Source: Terriglobia bacterium (GTDB lineage: Bacteria; Acidobacteriota; Terriglobia; Bryobacterales; Bryobacteraceae). From it: DNA of 64,000 bases. The first letter of the stretch is position 1, and every line of letters begins with the position of its first letter. Made by a program: the position numbers and the translations under genes. A model generated the notes under the pieces. It did not search any database, was not told where the DNA came from, and was given only the letters and a program-made list of their open reading frames with translations. Location: NCBI GenBank assembly GCA_020073445.1, contig JAIQFE010000010.1, forward strand, positions 88,740 through 152,739. Direction: 5' to 3'. This document shows positions 18,519 through 26,337 of the stretch, one piece after another.

Positions 18519-19892
18519 CTATTCCGGCGGCTCGTCCGGCAGATCGTCGATGCGATTTTCGAAGCGAGTATATTGCCCCAAAAACCGCAGCGGCACTGTC
18601 CCGATCGGACCGTTACGTTGCTTAGCGATGATCAGGTCGGCCAGCCCCTTCAAGCTAAGGTCGTCCCTCTTGTAAATTTCCTCGCGGTGGATGAAGCCGA
18701 CCAGGTCGGCGTCCTGCTCAATCGATCCCGAGTCGCGGAGATCGCTCAACATCGGCTTGTGATCGCCCGGCCGTTGCTCGGAGGCGCGGCTCAACTGCGA
18801 CAAAACTAAGAAGGGCACTTCCAGGTCCTTGGCCATCAGCTTCAGGCCGCGCGAAATGGCCGATACTTCCTGGTTGCGGTTCTCGATCCGGCCCATGCTG
18901 CTCATCAACTGGAGATAGTCGATGATCACCAGCGCCAGGCCATGCGTGTTCTTCAGGCGCCGCAGCTTGGAGTGGACGTCCATCAGGTTGACGCCCGCCG
19001 AATCGTCCATAAACAGCGGCGATTCGGTAATCTGCGCCAACGTGAAATGCAGCTTTCGGCGCTCCTCTTCGTTGAGGTAGCCCGCTCGAAACTTGTGCTG
19101 GTCGACGCGCGCGCCCGCGCACAGCAAGCGCGTCAGCAAACTCGCCGACGACATTTCGAGCGAGAAGATCGCCACCGGCTTCTGCATCTGCGGATGCGTC
19201 GCCACGTGCTGCGCGATGTTGAGTGCCAAAGCCGTCTTGCCCATGGATGGCCGAGCCGCCAGGATCACCAGCTCACCTGCGTGGAGGCCGCCGGTCATCT
19301 CATCGAACTTCGCAAATCCGGTACTGAGGCCCCGCACGCGCTGGCTGGGATCGAGAAAGGCGTTGGCGCCGCCCGGGAAGCTCTCGACGATGCTGGCAGG
19401 CGAAGATAGTTGCTCGCTCGCCGATGCCTCACCCAGCTTCAGCAGCGATTCTTCCGCCGACGCCAGGATCTTGTCCGGCTGCTCTTCACCGATCAGGCAG
19501 CGATCAATAATCCTCTGCGAGCTGAAGATCAGCTTGCGCAGCATCGCCTTATCCTTGACGATGCGGACGTAGCTGTCGAGGTTGGTGATCTCCGGCAGGC
19601 CGTCGTCGAGCGAGACTAGGTACGCCAGGCCGTCCACCGATTCGAGCTGGCCCTGCTTCATCAGCTCTTCGGCGAGGGTGACGCGGTCGATGCGCTCGCC
19701 GCGCCCGTACAGATCCCGCATGCGGCCGTAGATGCGGCGGTGCTTCTCCAGGCTGAAGTCTTCGGGTGATAAGGAACCCGCGACCTGGAGGTATACTGCG
19801 TCGTTGAGCAGGATCGAGCCGAGAACCAGCCGCTCGGTGTCTACGCTTGCGGGCAGACCTTTCTCAAATGTCAGATCCGCGGTTGCCATCAT
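18519..19892 (-). CDS. dnaB: Replicative DNA helicase.
   Basis: 457 aa. DnaB N-terminal domain (..ERLVLGSILLNDAV..), Walker A ..ILAARPSMGKTALALNIA.., and ..LVIIDYLQLM.. Confidence 0.9.
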   Translation of the reverse strand: MMATADLTFEKGLPASVDTERLVLGSILLNDAVYLQVAGSLSPEDFSLEKHRRIYGRMRDLYGRGERIDRVTLAEELMKQGQLESVDGLAYLVSLDDGLPEITNLDSYVRIVKDKAMLRKLIFSSQRIIDRCLIGEEQPDKILASAEESLLKLGEASASEQLSSPASIVESFPGGANAFLDPSQRVRGLSTGFAKFDEMTGGLHAGELVILAARPSMGKTALALNIAQHVATHPQMQKPVAIFSLEMSSASLLTRLLCAGARVDQHKFRAGYLNEEERRKLHFTLAQITESPLFMDDSAGVNLMDVHSKLRRLKNTHGLALVIIDYLQLMSSMGRIENRNQEVSAISRGLKLMAKDLEVPFLVLSQLSRASEQRPGDHKPMLSDLRDSGSIEQDADLVGFIHREEIYKRDDLSLKGLADLIIAKQRNGPIGTVPLRFLGQYTRFENRIDDLPDEPPE

Positions 19893-20107
19893 TTTGGGGT
19901 GCTTCTTACCTTAACCGGTTCGTCACAGTCCGTTACACTTTTTTTTGGCCGTTCCCCTTCTCGCACTTACAACGAGGAAAAACCTGTGGAAGATCGTGCG
20001 CGAACGGTGAACGCCAACTTGTTGAGATCAAAGCCGCGGCGGAACGATTTCCACACACACTCTCTAAATCATTTTACCGCGATTGTGTTTTGGAGGGTGG
20101 ACGGCGC

Positions 20108-20872
20108 CTATTGCTTAGCGTCGTCCTTCTTGGCTTCGTCTTTCGGGGGCTCGGCAGGAAGCGGTTCGATCACCGCCGTGGTGATCTTGTCGAGCCGTGG
20201 GAAGTTCTTTTCAAGGAATGCATTGCCCTGGTTCATGATCTCGCCTTGGAGATTCGTGACCTGCTCGCCGTAGCCGGTATACAGCATGTCGAGATTATCC
20301 AGACCTTCGATCACTTCGCCAAAGGGGGCGAATCCCATGCTGTCCAGGTAACCGTTGTCTACCTTGCTGATGAAAACCTGCACGGAGCGGCTATTCTTGT
20401 CGCCAGTGGAGGCAAAGGTGACCATGGCGCGTTTGTTGGACTGAATCGGACGGTCGTCGAACATGGTGTGTTCCATCCAGACTCGCGATATTTCCGGCCG
20501 TGAAGGGATTCCGAACTGCGCGAATTGCTTGGTGGAGCGGAAGATGACGTTGTTGTTATAGAAACCGGCGCGAACCAGGTTATAGAAGCGGTCGGCGCCA
20601 ATGGGCGCCCAGTTCTTGGTGACGCGGATGACGATGGGTCCCTTGGTGGTGTTCAGCTTCACCAGGTACACCGGGGGCGCTTTCGCGTTCAGCGTCGACG
20701 GGTCGAGCAGATTCGGTCCAGCTTTAGCCTTGGTGGCCGCTTTGGGCGCACCGGCCTTTGGCGCGCTTTTTGCAGCGGGTGCCGGGGCAGATTTGGTCTG
20801 CGCGAGCGCGGCGGCACACACCGCTGCCAACAACATGATCGAGGAGAGGAAAGCGTTCTTCATACGAAGCAT
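20108..20872 (-). CDS. Secreted cyclophilin-type peptidyl-prolyl cis-trans isomerase with a C-terminal K/D/E-rich tail.
   Basis: 254 aa. Signal peptide and an Ala/Lys/Pro-rich linker, then the cyclophilin core (..VIFRSTKQFAQFGIPS.., ..MVTFASTGDKNSRSVQVFI..). Confidence 0.7.
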   Translation of the reverse strand: MLRMKNAFLSSIMLLAAVCAAALAQTKSAPAPAAKSAPKAGAPKAATKAKAGPNLLDPSTLNAKAPPVYLVKLNTTKGPIVIRVTKNWAPIGADRFYNLVRAGFYNNNVIFRSTKQFAQFGIPSRPEISRVWMEHTMFDDRPIQSNKRAMVTFASTGDKNSRSVQVFISKVDNGYLDSMGFAPFGEVIEGLDNLDMLYTGYGEQVTNLQGEIMNQGNAFLEKNFPRLDKITTAVIEPLPAEPPKDEAKKDDAKQ

Positions 20873-20881
20873 TATTCTATC

Positions 20882-21475
20882 TCAGATTCCGAAGGGTTCC
20901 GTCAGCGTTTTCGTCCACTCGTTGAAGGCGATCTTTTCTCCCTGGCGGTTGTGCCACCAGCCGTTGGACGTAAAGTATTTGTCCGGCGCGGCCACGACGA
21001 CGAATTTCAGGTCTGGCGCGGCGGTGCGGTAGATCTTTCCAGCGCGGCGGGTATGGTAATCGCTGGTGACCAGCAGCACTTTGTGCGCGCCCATCTGGCG
21101 CAGTCGCACAATCGCATCGTGCGCTTCCTCTTTGGTGGATAGGGCGTCGTTTTCAAAATGCAAGAAGTAAGACGCGGGGTATCCGGACTTCACCGCAAAG
21201 GGTATCGCCAGGTCGCACTCGTATTGCCCGTAGACTCCGGAAGGCCCGCTGACCAGGACCTTGGAGACGTAGCCTCGCCGGGCGAGTTGAGCGGCTTTGA
21301 GGATCCGGTTGCCTTCTCCATCGCCTGCCAGCACCAGGGCGATATCGGCCTTTTCTGGCGGATCGGCCTGGATCAGGTAGGAACCGAGTTCTGTCAGGAC
21401 TGCGTTATGGAAAATGACCCCGAGGATGACAATGGCGATGAAAAGGAGCGCAAGAATACGAGTCGAACGCTTCAA
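20882..21475 (-). CDS. YdcF/DUF218 (ElyC/SanA-like) family protein.
   Basis: 197 aa. N-terminal TM helix. DUF218 pattern ..ADIALVLAGDGEGNRILKAAQLARRGYVSKVLVSG.. and ..VLLVTSDYHTRRA.. Confidence 0.7.
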   Translation of the reverse strand: MKRSTRILALLFIAIVILGVIFHNAVLTELGSYLIQADPPEKADIALVLAGDGEGNRILKAAQLARRGYVSKVLVSGPSGVYGQYECDLAIPFAVKSGYPASYFLHFENDALSTKEEAHDAIVRLRQMGAHKVLLVTSDYHTRRAGKIYRTAAPDLKFVVVAAPDKYFTSNGWWHNRQGEKIAFNEWTKTLTEPFGI

Positions 21476-21481
21476 TGAAGT

Positions 21482-22096
21482 TTACTGCTCGTCGGAGCCG
21501 CGCTGGTCCAGCCTGCCCACGGATTTCAGCCGCTGGAACATTCGCTCGATTTCTTCTTCCTCTTCGGGCCGCAGCAGAGGCCGGTAGACCGGGGAAGATT
21601 GACGTTGGGGGCCGGACTCGAGTGTCTTTCGAGGTTCGGATCTTTTCTCAAGCCCAGGCTTTTCTCCCGGCTCTCCCCAAGCCTGACGATAGGGAATCCC
21701 GTCGAGCAGCGCGTTGCGCGAGTAGCGTCGCAGGTGACGCAGCAAACTGGTGGAGGAATCCAGGTCGCCGGCGTATAATAGGAACACGCGGCGGTCGGTG
21801 GAAAGCGTCAGAGAGACGACCAGAGGAGCAATCCAGCCGGTCTGGTCTAGCCTGCGAATTTCGCGCCATAGGATAATCCGCCGGCCCAGTTGCAGATGGG
21901 TCTCATAGATTTCGATTTCGGGTTGCCACAGGAGCGTGATCAACGCCACCGAAGTTACGCCGAAGAGTCCGGCCGCGATCCAGGTGGAAGGCCAGCGCAG
22001 GCCGGTCCAGGCTGAGAAGATGGTTCCGCAGATCGCCAGAAGCGCAAACAGAAGGTAGCGGCGTGAAGGTCGGTAGCGGGCCAGCGGGCGACTCAC
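21482..22096 (-). CDS. Hypothetical membrane protein (two N-terminal TM helices, acidic C-terminus).
   Basis: 204 aa. Its ATG overlaps the stop of the upstream small ORF in an ATGA arrangement. No family recognised. Confidence 0.5.
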   Translation of the reverse strand: MSRPLARYRPSRRYLLFALLAICGTIFSAWTGLRWPSTWIAAGLFGVTSVALITLLWQPEIEIYETHLQLGRRIILWREIRRLDQTGWIAPLVVSLTLSTDRRVFLLYAGDLDSSTSLLRHLRRYSRNALLDGIPYRQAWGEPGEKPGLEKRSEPRKTLESGPQRQSSPVYRPLLRPEEEEEIERMFQRLKSVGRLDQRGSDEQ

Positions 22097-22359
22097 CCTT
22101 TCAGACTACCACTAGTCTTTGGGGGACAGGAAGCTGTTTCGTGGTTGGCTAAATCTGTCCAGCGGACGTACCACTTGGCAAAGTCGATGTCCGCCTCCGA
22201 GGGGATCAAGGGGAAGCTGGCGATCACTTCAGGGATGGACGTTTGATCGAGCTTCCCTTCGGTACGGATCCGCTCTATAGCGCTTGAACTTGCCGTCGGA
22301 CCAATGACGAAAGTGCAATCGCCAGGGACCATTGGTTCCAGTTCTACGGAGGTCATATC
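22093..22359 (-). CDS. Small hypothetical protein (about 88 aa).
   Basis: Internal ATG of track ORF 22093..22593 (MTSVELEPMVPGDCTFVIGPTASS...). The upstream part of that track ORF is Arg-rich wrong-frame-like sequence. The ATG overlaps the TGA of the 22353..22595 ORF (GATATGACC), and the stop overlaps the next gene's start (ATGA). Confidence 0.4.
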   Translation of the reverse strand, partial: DMTSVELEPMVPGDCTFVIGPTASSSAIERIRTEGKLDQTSIPEVIASFPLIPSEADIDFAKWYVRWTDLANHETASCPPKTSGSLKG

Positions 22360-22595
22360 GAAATACCCTTTCCCATGCGTTCGCACTGCTTGAAAAGATC
22401 GGCTTCCATGACGAGCACAGGCCGCCTGAGCCAGAGCACCGTCGCCACTCCGCCAGCGAAGTCGCCCGGTTGCCATTCCACGATCGAGCCCGCCGGTATG
22501 ACGGTATCGGAGATGGAGTCTTTGGCCACGGCGATCAGCGGAACATTCACTCGAAAAGCGACTAACTTGTTTGGATTTGTCTTGCTGTACCACAT
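22353..22595 (-). CDS. Small hypothetical protein (80 aa).
   Basis: MWYSKTNPNKLVAFRVNVPLIAVAKDSISDTVIPAGSIVEWQPGDF... has a beta-rich, protein-like pattern. It is the first gene of a minus-strand run of five closely spaced or overlapping genes ending with the cyclophilin. Confidence 0.4.
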   Translation of the reverse strand: MWYSKTNPNKLVAFRVNVPLIAVAKDSISDTVIPAGSIVEWQPGDFAGGVATVLWLRRPVLVMEADLFKQCERMGKGISI

Positions 22596-22725
22596 GCCAT
22601 CTACCAGTGCACCGGACGGCCCAACGCTATGTGCTTGATTGCAGGCTCCGGCCTAAGGTGGATGACGTACGGCAACTGGGCCAGAGAACTCAACCGGGCT
22701 GTGCGAAACCGCTCGCGGGCCCGAG

Positions 22726-23604
22726 TTACTGCGTGGTCGGGAACGTCTTGGAGATGTGGTCGTGCCAGGTGAGGTTTTCTTCATCGACCAGCGCCCAGAC
22801 CAAACCGAGTCCTGCGGAAAGCAGGCTCAGCAGGCTGGCGATCTGGCGAATGCCGCGCTGCTCGCGGTCCGGCCGCCGGCCGTCGAAATCCACCAGGCGC
22901 AATCCGGCGAAGCGCATCCCCGGGGAATCGCCGTTGGCCAGGCACCACAGAGCCCGATAGAACAGCGCGATGACAACCGTGACTCCGAGCATGAAGGACA
23001 GAGCCTGGCGATCCAGGGCTACCTGGCCTCCTGACAGGAAGAAAATCGTCAGGAATACGGCCACGCCCATCAGAACCAAGCTGCCGTCCACGGCCGCCGC
23101 GACCAGACGATGCGTGGGAGCCGCCACGGGCGCATCGCAATCGATGGTCTCTCCCGGCTGGACGCGGACTTCTGCCGGCGATTCCTGAAATCCCAGGCTT
23201 CGCTGTAGGTGGCTCTGCTGGGAATCCGAACGGCGATGCTGCGACCGCATGGGAGAAACCCCGCGAGTCGCCGGGCGTTGCCGGGTCGCCGTCCGAGTCG
23301 TGTCGCGATGTGTGTCGCGATGATAGGGGTGCAGCGGTGTCAGCGTCGGGATGGGAATGACTTTGCTTCCCGCGGTCCCGTCCCGAAAAAGAGAGGTCTG
23401 ATAGTTGGGAGTCTCCTGCGGCTGCGCGGGAAGGGGATCCTCCGCGGCAAAAACATCCAGGGCGGGCGCGGTGGCGGCCCCACTAATCCCATTCGCGCTG
23501 CGGACAGGGAAAGGCCCGGGCGCATCGCCGTTGAGGCGCCGACCGCAATGGACACACCGATCCTCCGCCTCTTCGTTCACGGCGCGGCAGTGCGGGCAAT
23601 GCAT
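22726..23604 (-). CDS. RDD-family membrane protein with an N-terminal zinc-ribbon (start at MHCPHC; the track ORF extends to 23748).
   Basis: CxxC...CxxC zinc ribbon (MHCPHCRAVNEEAEDRCVHCGRR), a long Pro/Arg/Thr-rich linker, then a C-terminal RDD-like TM domain (..RLVAAAVDGSLVLMGVAVFLTIFF..GMRFAGLRLVDFDG..). The upstream 48 codons (MLRRIKEKKEIKALKRNRSRAR...) may or may not be translated. Confidence 0.6.
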   Translation of the reverse strand: MHCPHCRAVNEEAEDRCVHCGRRLNGDAPGPFPVRSANGISGAATAPALDVFAAEDPLPAQPQETPNYQTSLFRDGTAGSKVIPIPTLTPLHPYHRDTHRDTTRTATRQRPATRGVSPMRSQHRRSDSQQSHLQRSLGFQESPAEVRVQPGETIDCDAPVAAPTHRLVAAAVDGSLVLMGVAVFLTIFFLSGGQVALDRQALSFMLGVTVVIALFYRALWCLANGDSPGMRFAGLRLVDFDGRRPDREQRGIRQIASLLSLLSAGLGLVWALVDEENLTWHDHISKTFPTTQ

Positions 23605-23698
23605 AATCGGGTCTGGTTCCTTGGACTCCGGCCACCTTGAACTTGGGACGCTTGGTGACCTTTTTGGTCTTGACTGTTCTAGCCGCGCTCTGCTACGG

Positions 23699-26071
23699 TT
23701 GCGCTTGAGAGCTTTTATCTCTTTCTTCTCTTTTATCCTTCGTAACATAAACCAGCCGATTTGTCACGGACTTTGTGTGCTAGTCCTGGCCGGTTTACTT
23801 ACGCCCAGCACTACGTTACAAGCCCAAACCTACCGGCCCACCTTACCTCCGCCCGCCGTTCCGGTCCAGCCGGGCCCCAACCCCAATCTGGCGATCCGGC
23901 CGCCCCGGCCCACGGCTCCCGGACCCGGCGAGACCGCCAAGACCCAGGGGGATCAAGAGGAATCCGATGGCAAGGTGCTGCACCTGCGCGGCAACGCCCG
24001 CGTCGAGACGGCGGATGCTCTGCTCACCGCCGATGAGATCGACTACAACCAGGAAACACACGAAGCTGAAGCTCGCGGCAAGGTCCGTTACGAGAGCTTC
24101 TCTCACGGCGAGAAGCTGAATTGCGACAGGGCGGAATACAACACGGAGAGCAAGACCGGAAAATTCTATAACGTCAACGGAACTTCGCCCGCCCGCATCG
24201 AGGCCCGCCGTGGACTGTTGACCACGCAGAATCCCTTTTACTTTAGCGGCGAATGGGCTGAAAAGACGGAGGATCGCTACCTCCTGCACAACGGCTTCCT
24301 CACCGATTGCCTGATCCCGGCACCCTGGTGGAGGCTCAAGGGGCCGACCTTCGACATCATCCCCGGGGACCGGGCGATCTCCAAGGCGTCGTGGTTCTAC
24401 GTCAAAGAAGTTCCCATCTTTTACACGCCATACTTCTACAAATCGTTGAAGAAGCAGCCGCGCCGCAGCGGCTTGCTCACCCCTAGCATCGGCAACAGCT
24501 CCATTCGGGGAAAGACCGTGGGCGTCGGCTATTTCTGGGCGATCAATCGCAGCTACGACCTTACCTATCGCGGATTGTTCTACTCCCAGACCGGGTTTGG
24601 ACATCAGGCCGATTTTCGCGGCGTGGTAAGCAAGAACACCTACTTCGATGTCTCCCTCTACGGCATAACGAGCACCAATGCCAACGCCATCTCGCCTAGC
24701 GGATTGGTGCTGTCGGTGGAAGGAAAGTCGGACTTGGGCAAGGGTTGGGAGGCGCGTGGCGATCTCAAGTATTTGTCATCCTTCGTTTTCCGCCAGCAGT
24801 TTACGCAGTCCTTCGACGAGGCCGTCTCGTCGGAAACTCACTCGGTGGGCTACATCACCAAGCACTGGTCCGATTACGGCTTCAATTTCGTGGCGGAGCG
24901 CAACGTCAATTTTCAAAGCACCGCTCCTAACGATGAGATCGTGCTTCGTAAGCTGCCGGAGGTGCAATTTACCGAGCGTGAGCATGAGGTGGGGAAACTG
25001 CCCGTATGGTTCTCCTTCGATAGCAGTTTCGGGTTGGAGCGCCGCACCGAGCCCGAGTTCCAGACCCGCCAGTTCGTACAGCGCGTGACTTTCGAGCCGC
25101 GCGTGATGACCGCCGTGCACTGGCACGGATTCGATCTTGCGCCCAGCTTCGGCGTTCACGAGATCGCCTACGATTCCCGCATCACCAACAATGTGGTGAG
25201 CGGCGACAATGTGCAGCACTTCGCCCGAGACGTCTCACTGGATGTATCTGTGCCGCCGCTTTCGCGGATCTTCGATGCTCCGAAGTGGATGGGTCGCGGA
25301 AAAGGAGCCAAGCTCAAACACGTCATCGAGCCGCGGGTGACCTATCGCTACGTCACCGGGATCGAAGATTTTAACAATGTAGTCCGGTTCGACGATACGG
25401 ATATTCTCAACGATACGAACGAAGTCGAGTACTCGCTGACCAATCGGCTGCTGGCGAAAGACAGCAACGGAAGCGTGTCCGAGGTACTGAGCTGGCAGCT
25501 ATGGTACAAGCGCTATTTGGATCCAACCTTCGGCGGCGCCGTGATCCCCGGCCAGCCGAACGTCCTGATGAGCACCGTGGATATCACGGGCATTCCGTTT
25601 GTGGATGGGGCCCGGCATCAGTCGCCGGTGGTGAGCGTGCTCCGGTACCAGTCGAACCTGAACCTGGAATGGCGCGCGGATTACGATCCGGTCCAGCATG
25701 GAATCATCGACAGCGGAATCAGTGTCGACCGGCGCGTAAAGCAGTTGTTCGTTTCACTGGGAGACTACCTGTTGAAGAGCAATCCTCTGCTGGGGGCTCC
25801 GGGCTCCAATCAGTTGCGCGGACAGGTTACCTATGGCGGCGATAACCGGCGCGGGTGGAACTATGGGTTCAGCGCGTTTTACGACTATCGCCTGGGCGTG
25901 ATGCAGTTCGCGCAGAGCCAGGTGACCTACAACACCGATTGTTGCGGCTTCAGCGTGCAATACCGGCGATTCAACTTCGGTACGCGCGATGAGAACCAGT
26001 TCCGTGTGGCGTTCGCGGTGTCTAACATCGGCAGCGTGGGAACGTTACGGAAGCAGGATCGGATCTTCTAG
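23699..26071 (+). CDS. lptD: LPS-assembly outer-membrane protein LptD (OstA family), probable TTG start.
   Basis: The track ORF starts 23405, but its first about 100 codons are antisense to the RDD gene. A TTG at 23699 gives the signal peptide LRLRAFISFFSFILRNINQPICHGLCVLVLAGLLTPSTTLQAQ. OstA-like N-terminal domain (..GNARVETADALLTADEIDYNQETHEAEARGKVRYE..) and a large beta-barrel-sized C-terminal region. The cognate lptE lies about 9 kb downstream. Confidence 0.6.
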   Translation: MRLRAFISFFSFILRNINQPICHGLCVLVLAGLLTPSTTLQAQTYRPTLPPPAVPVQPGPNPNLAIRPPRPTAPGPGETAKTQGDQEESDGKVLHLRGNARVETADALLTADEIDYNQETHEAEARGKVRYESFSHGEKLNCDRAEYNTESKTGKFYNVNGTSPARIEARRGLLTTQNPFYFSGEWAEKTEDRYLLHNGFLTDCLIPAPWWRLKGPTFDIIPGDRAISKASWFYVKEVPIFYTPYFYKSLKKQPRRSGLLTPSIGNSSIRGKTVGVGYFWAINRSYDLTYRGLFYSQTGFGHQADFRGVVSKNTYFDVSLYGITSTNANAISPSGLVLSVEGKSDLGKGWEARGDLKYLSSFVFRQQFTQSFDEAVSSETHSVGYITKHWSDYGFNFVAERNVNFQSTAPNDEIVLRKLPEVQFTEREHEVGKLPVWFSFDSSFGLERRTEPEFQTRQFVQRVTFEPRVMTAVHWHGFDLAPSFGVHEIAYDSRITNNVVSGDNVQHFARDVSLDVSVPPLSRIFDAPKWMGRGKGAKLKHVIEPRVTYRYVTGIEDFNNVVRFDDTDILNDTNEVEYSLTNRLLAKDSNGSVSEVLSWQLWYKRYLDPTFGGAVIPGQPNVLMSTVDITGIPFVDGARHQSPVVSVLRYQSNLNLEWRADYDPVQHGIIDSGISVDRRVKQLFVSLGDYLLKSNPLLGAPGSNQLRGQVTYGGDNRRGWNYGFSAFYDYRLGVMQFAQSQVTYNTDCCGFSVQYRRFNFGTRDENQFRVAFAVSNIGSVGTLRKQDRIF

Positions 26072-26337
26072 CAGACAGGCAGAATACCGTGGAGAATTTC
26101 ACACGTCCCGCGTCAGGGGCGCCCGCGTCGAACCGGAACAACAAGTACGAATCGGCGACCTCTAATGTCTCCAGCAGCTTTGTCCGAGTGGCTCGTAAGC
26201 CAGCCGCAAGGTCGGGCTCACTTCAACAACACCGTTTTCAGGGACGCCAGGCGTCAACCGGAAGATAATGCGAAAGCAAAGGCTTCGGGGCACCCAGCAA
26301 ACACACGCTCCTCACCCGAAGCGCGTATCATCACTAA

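Noticed and set aside
23405-23698. Upstream extension of the lptD track ORF (start 23405).
   Set aside because: Those codons are antisense to the RDD gene and give no signal peptide. The TTG at about 23699 yields a proper leader.
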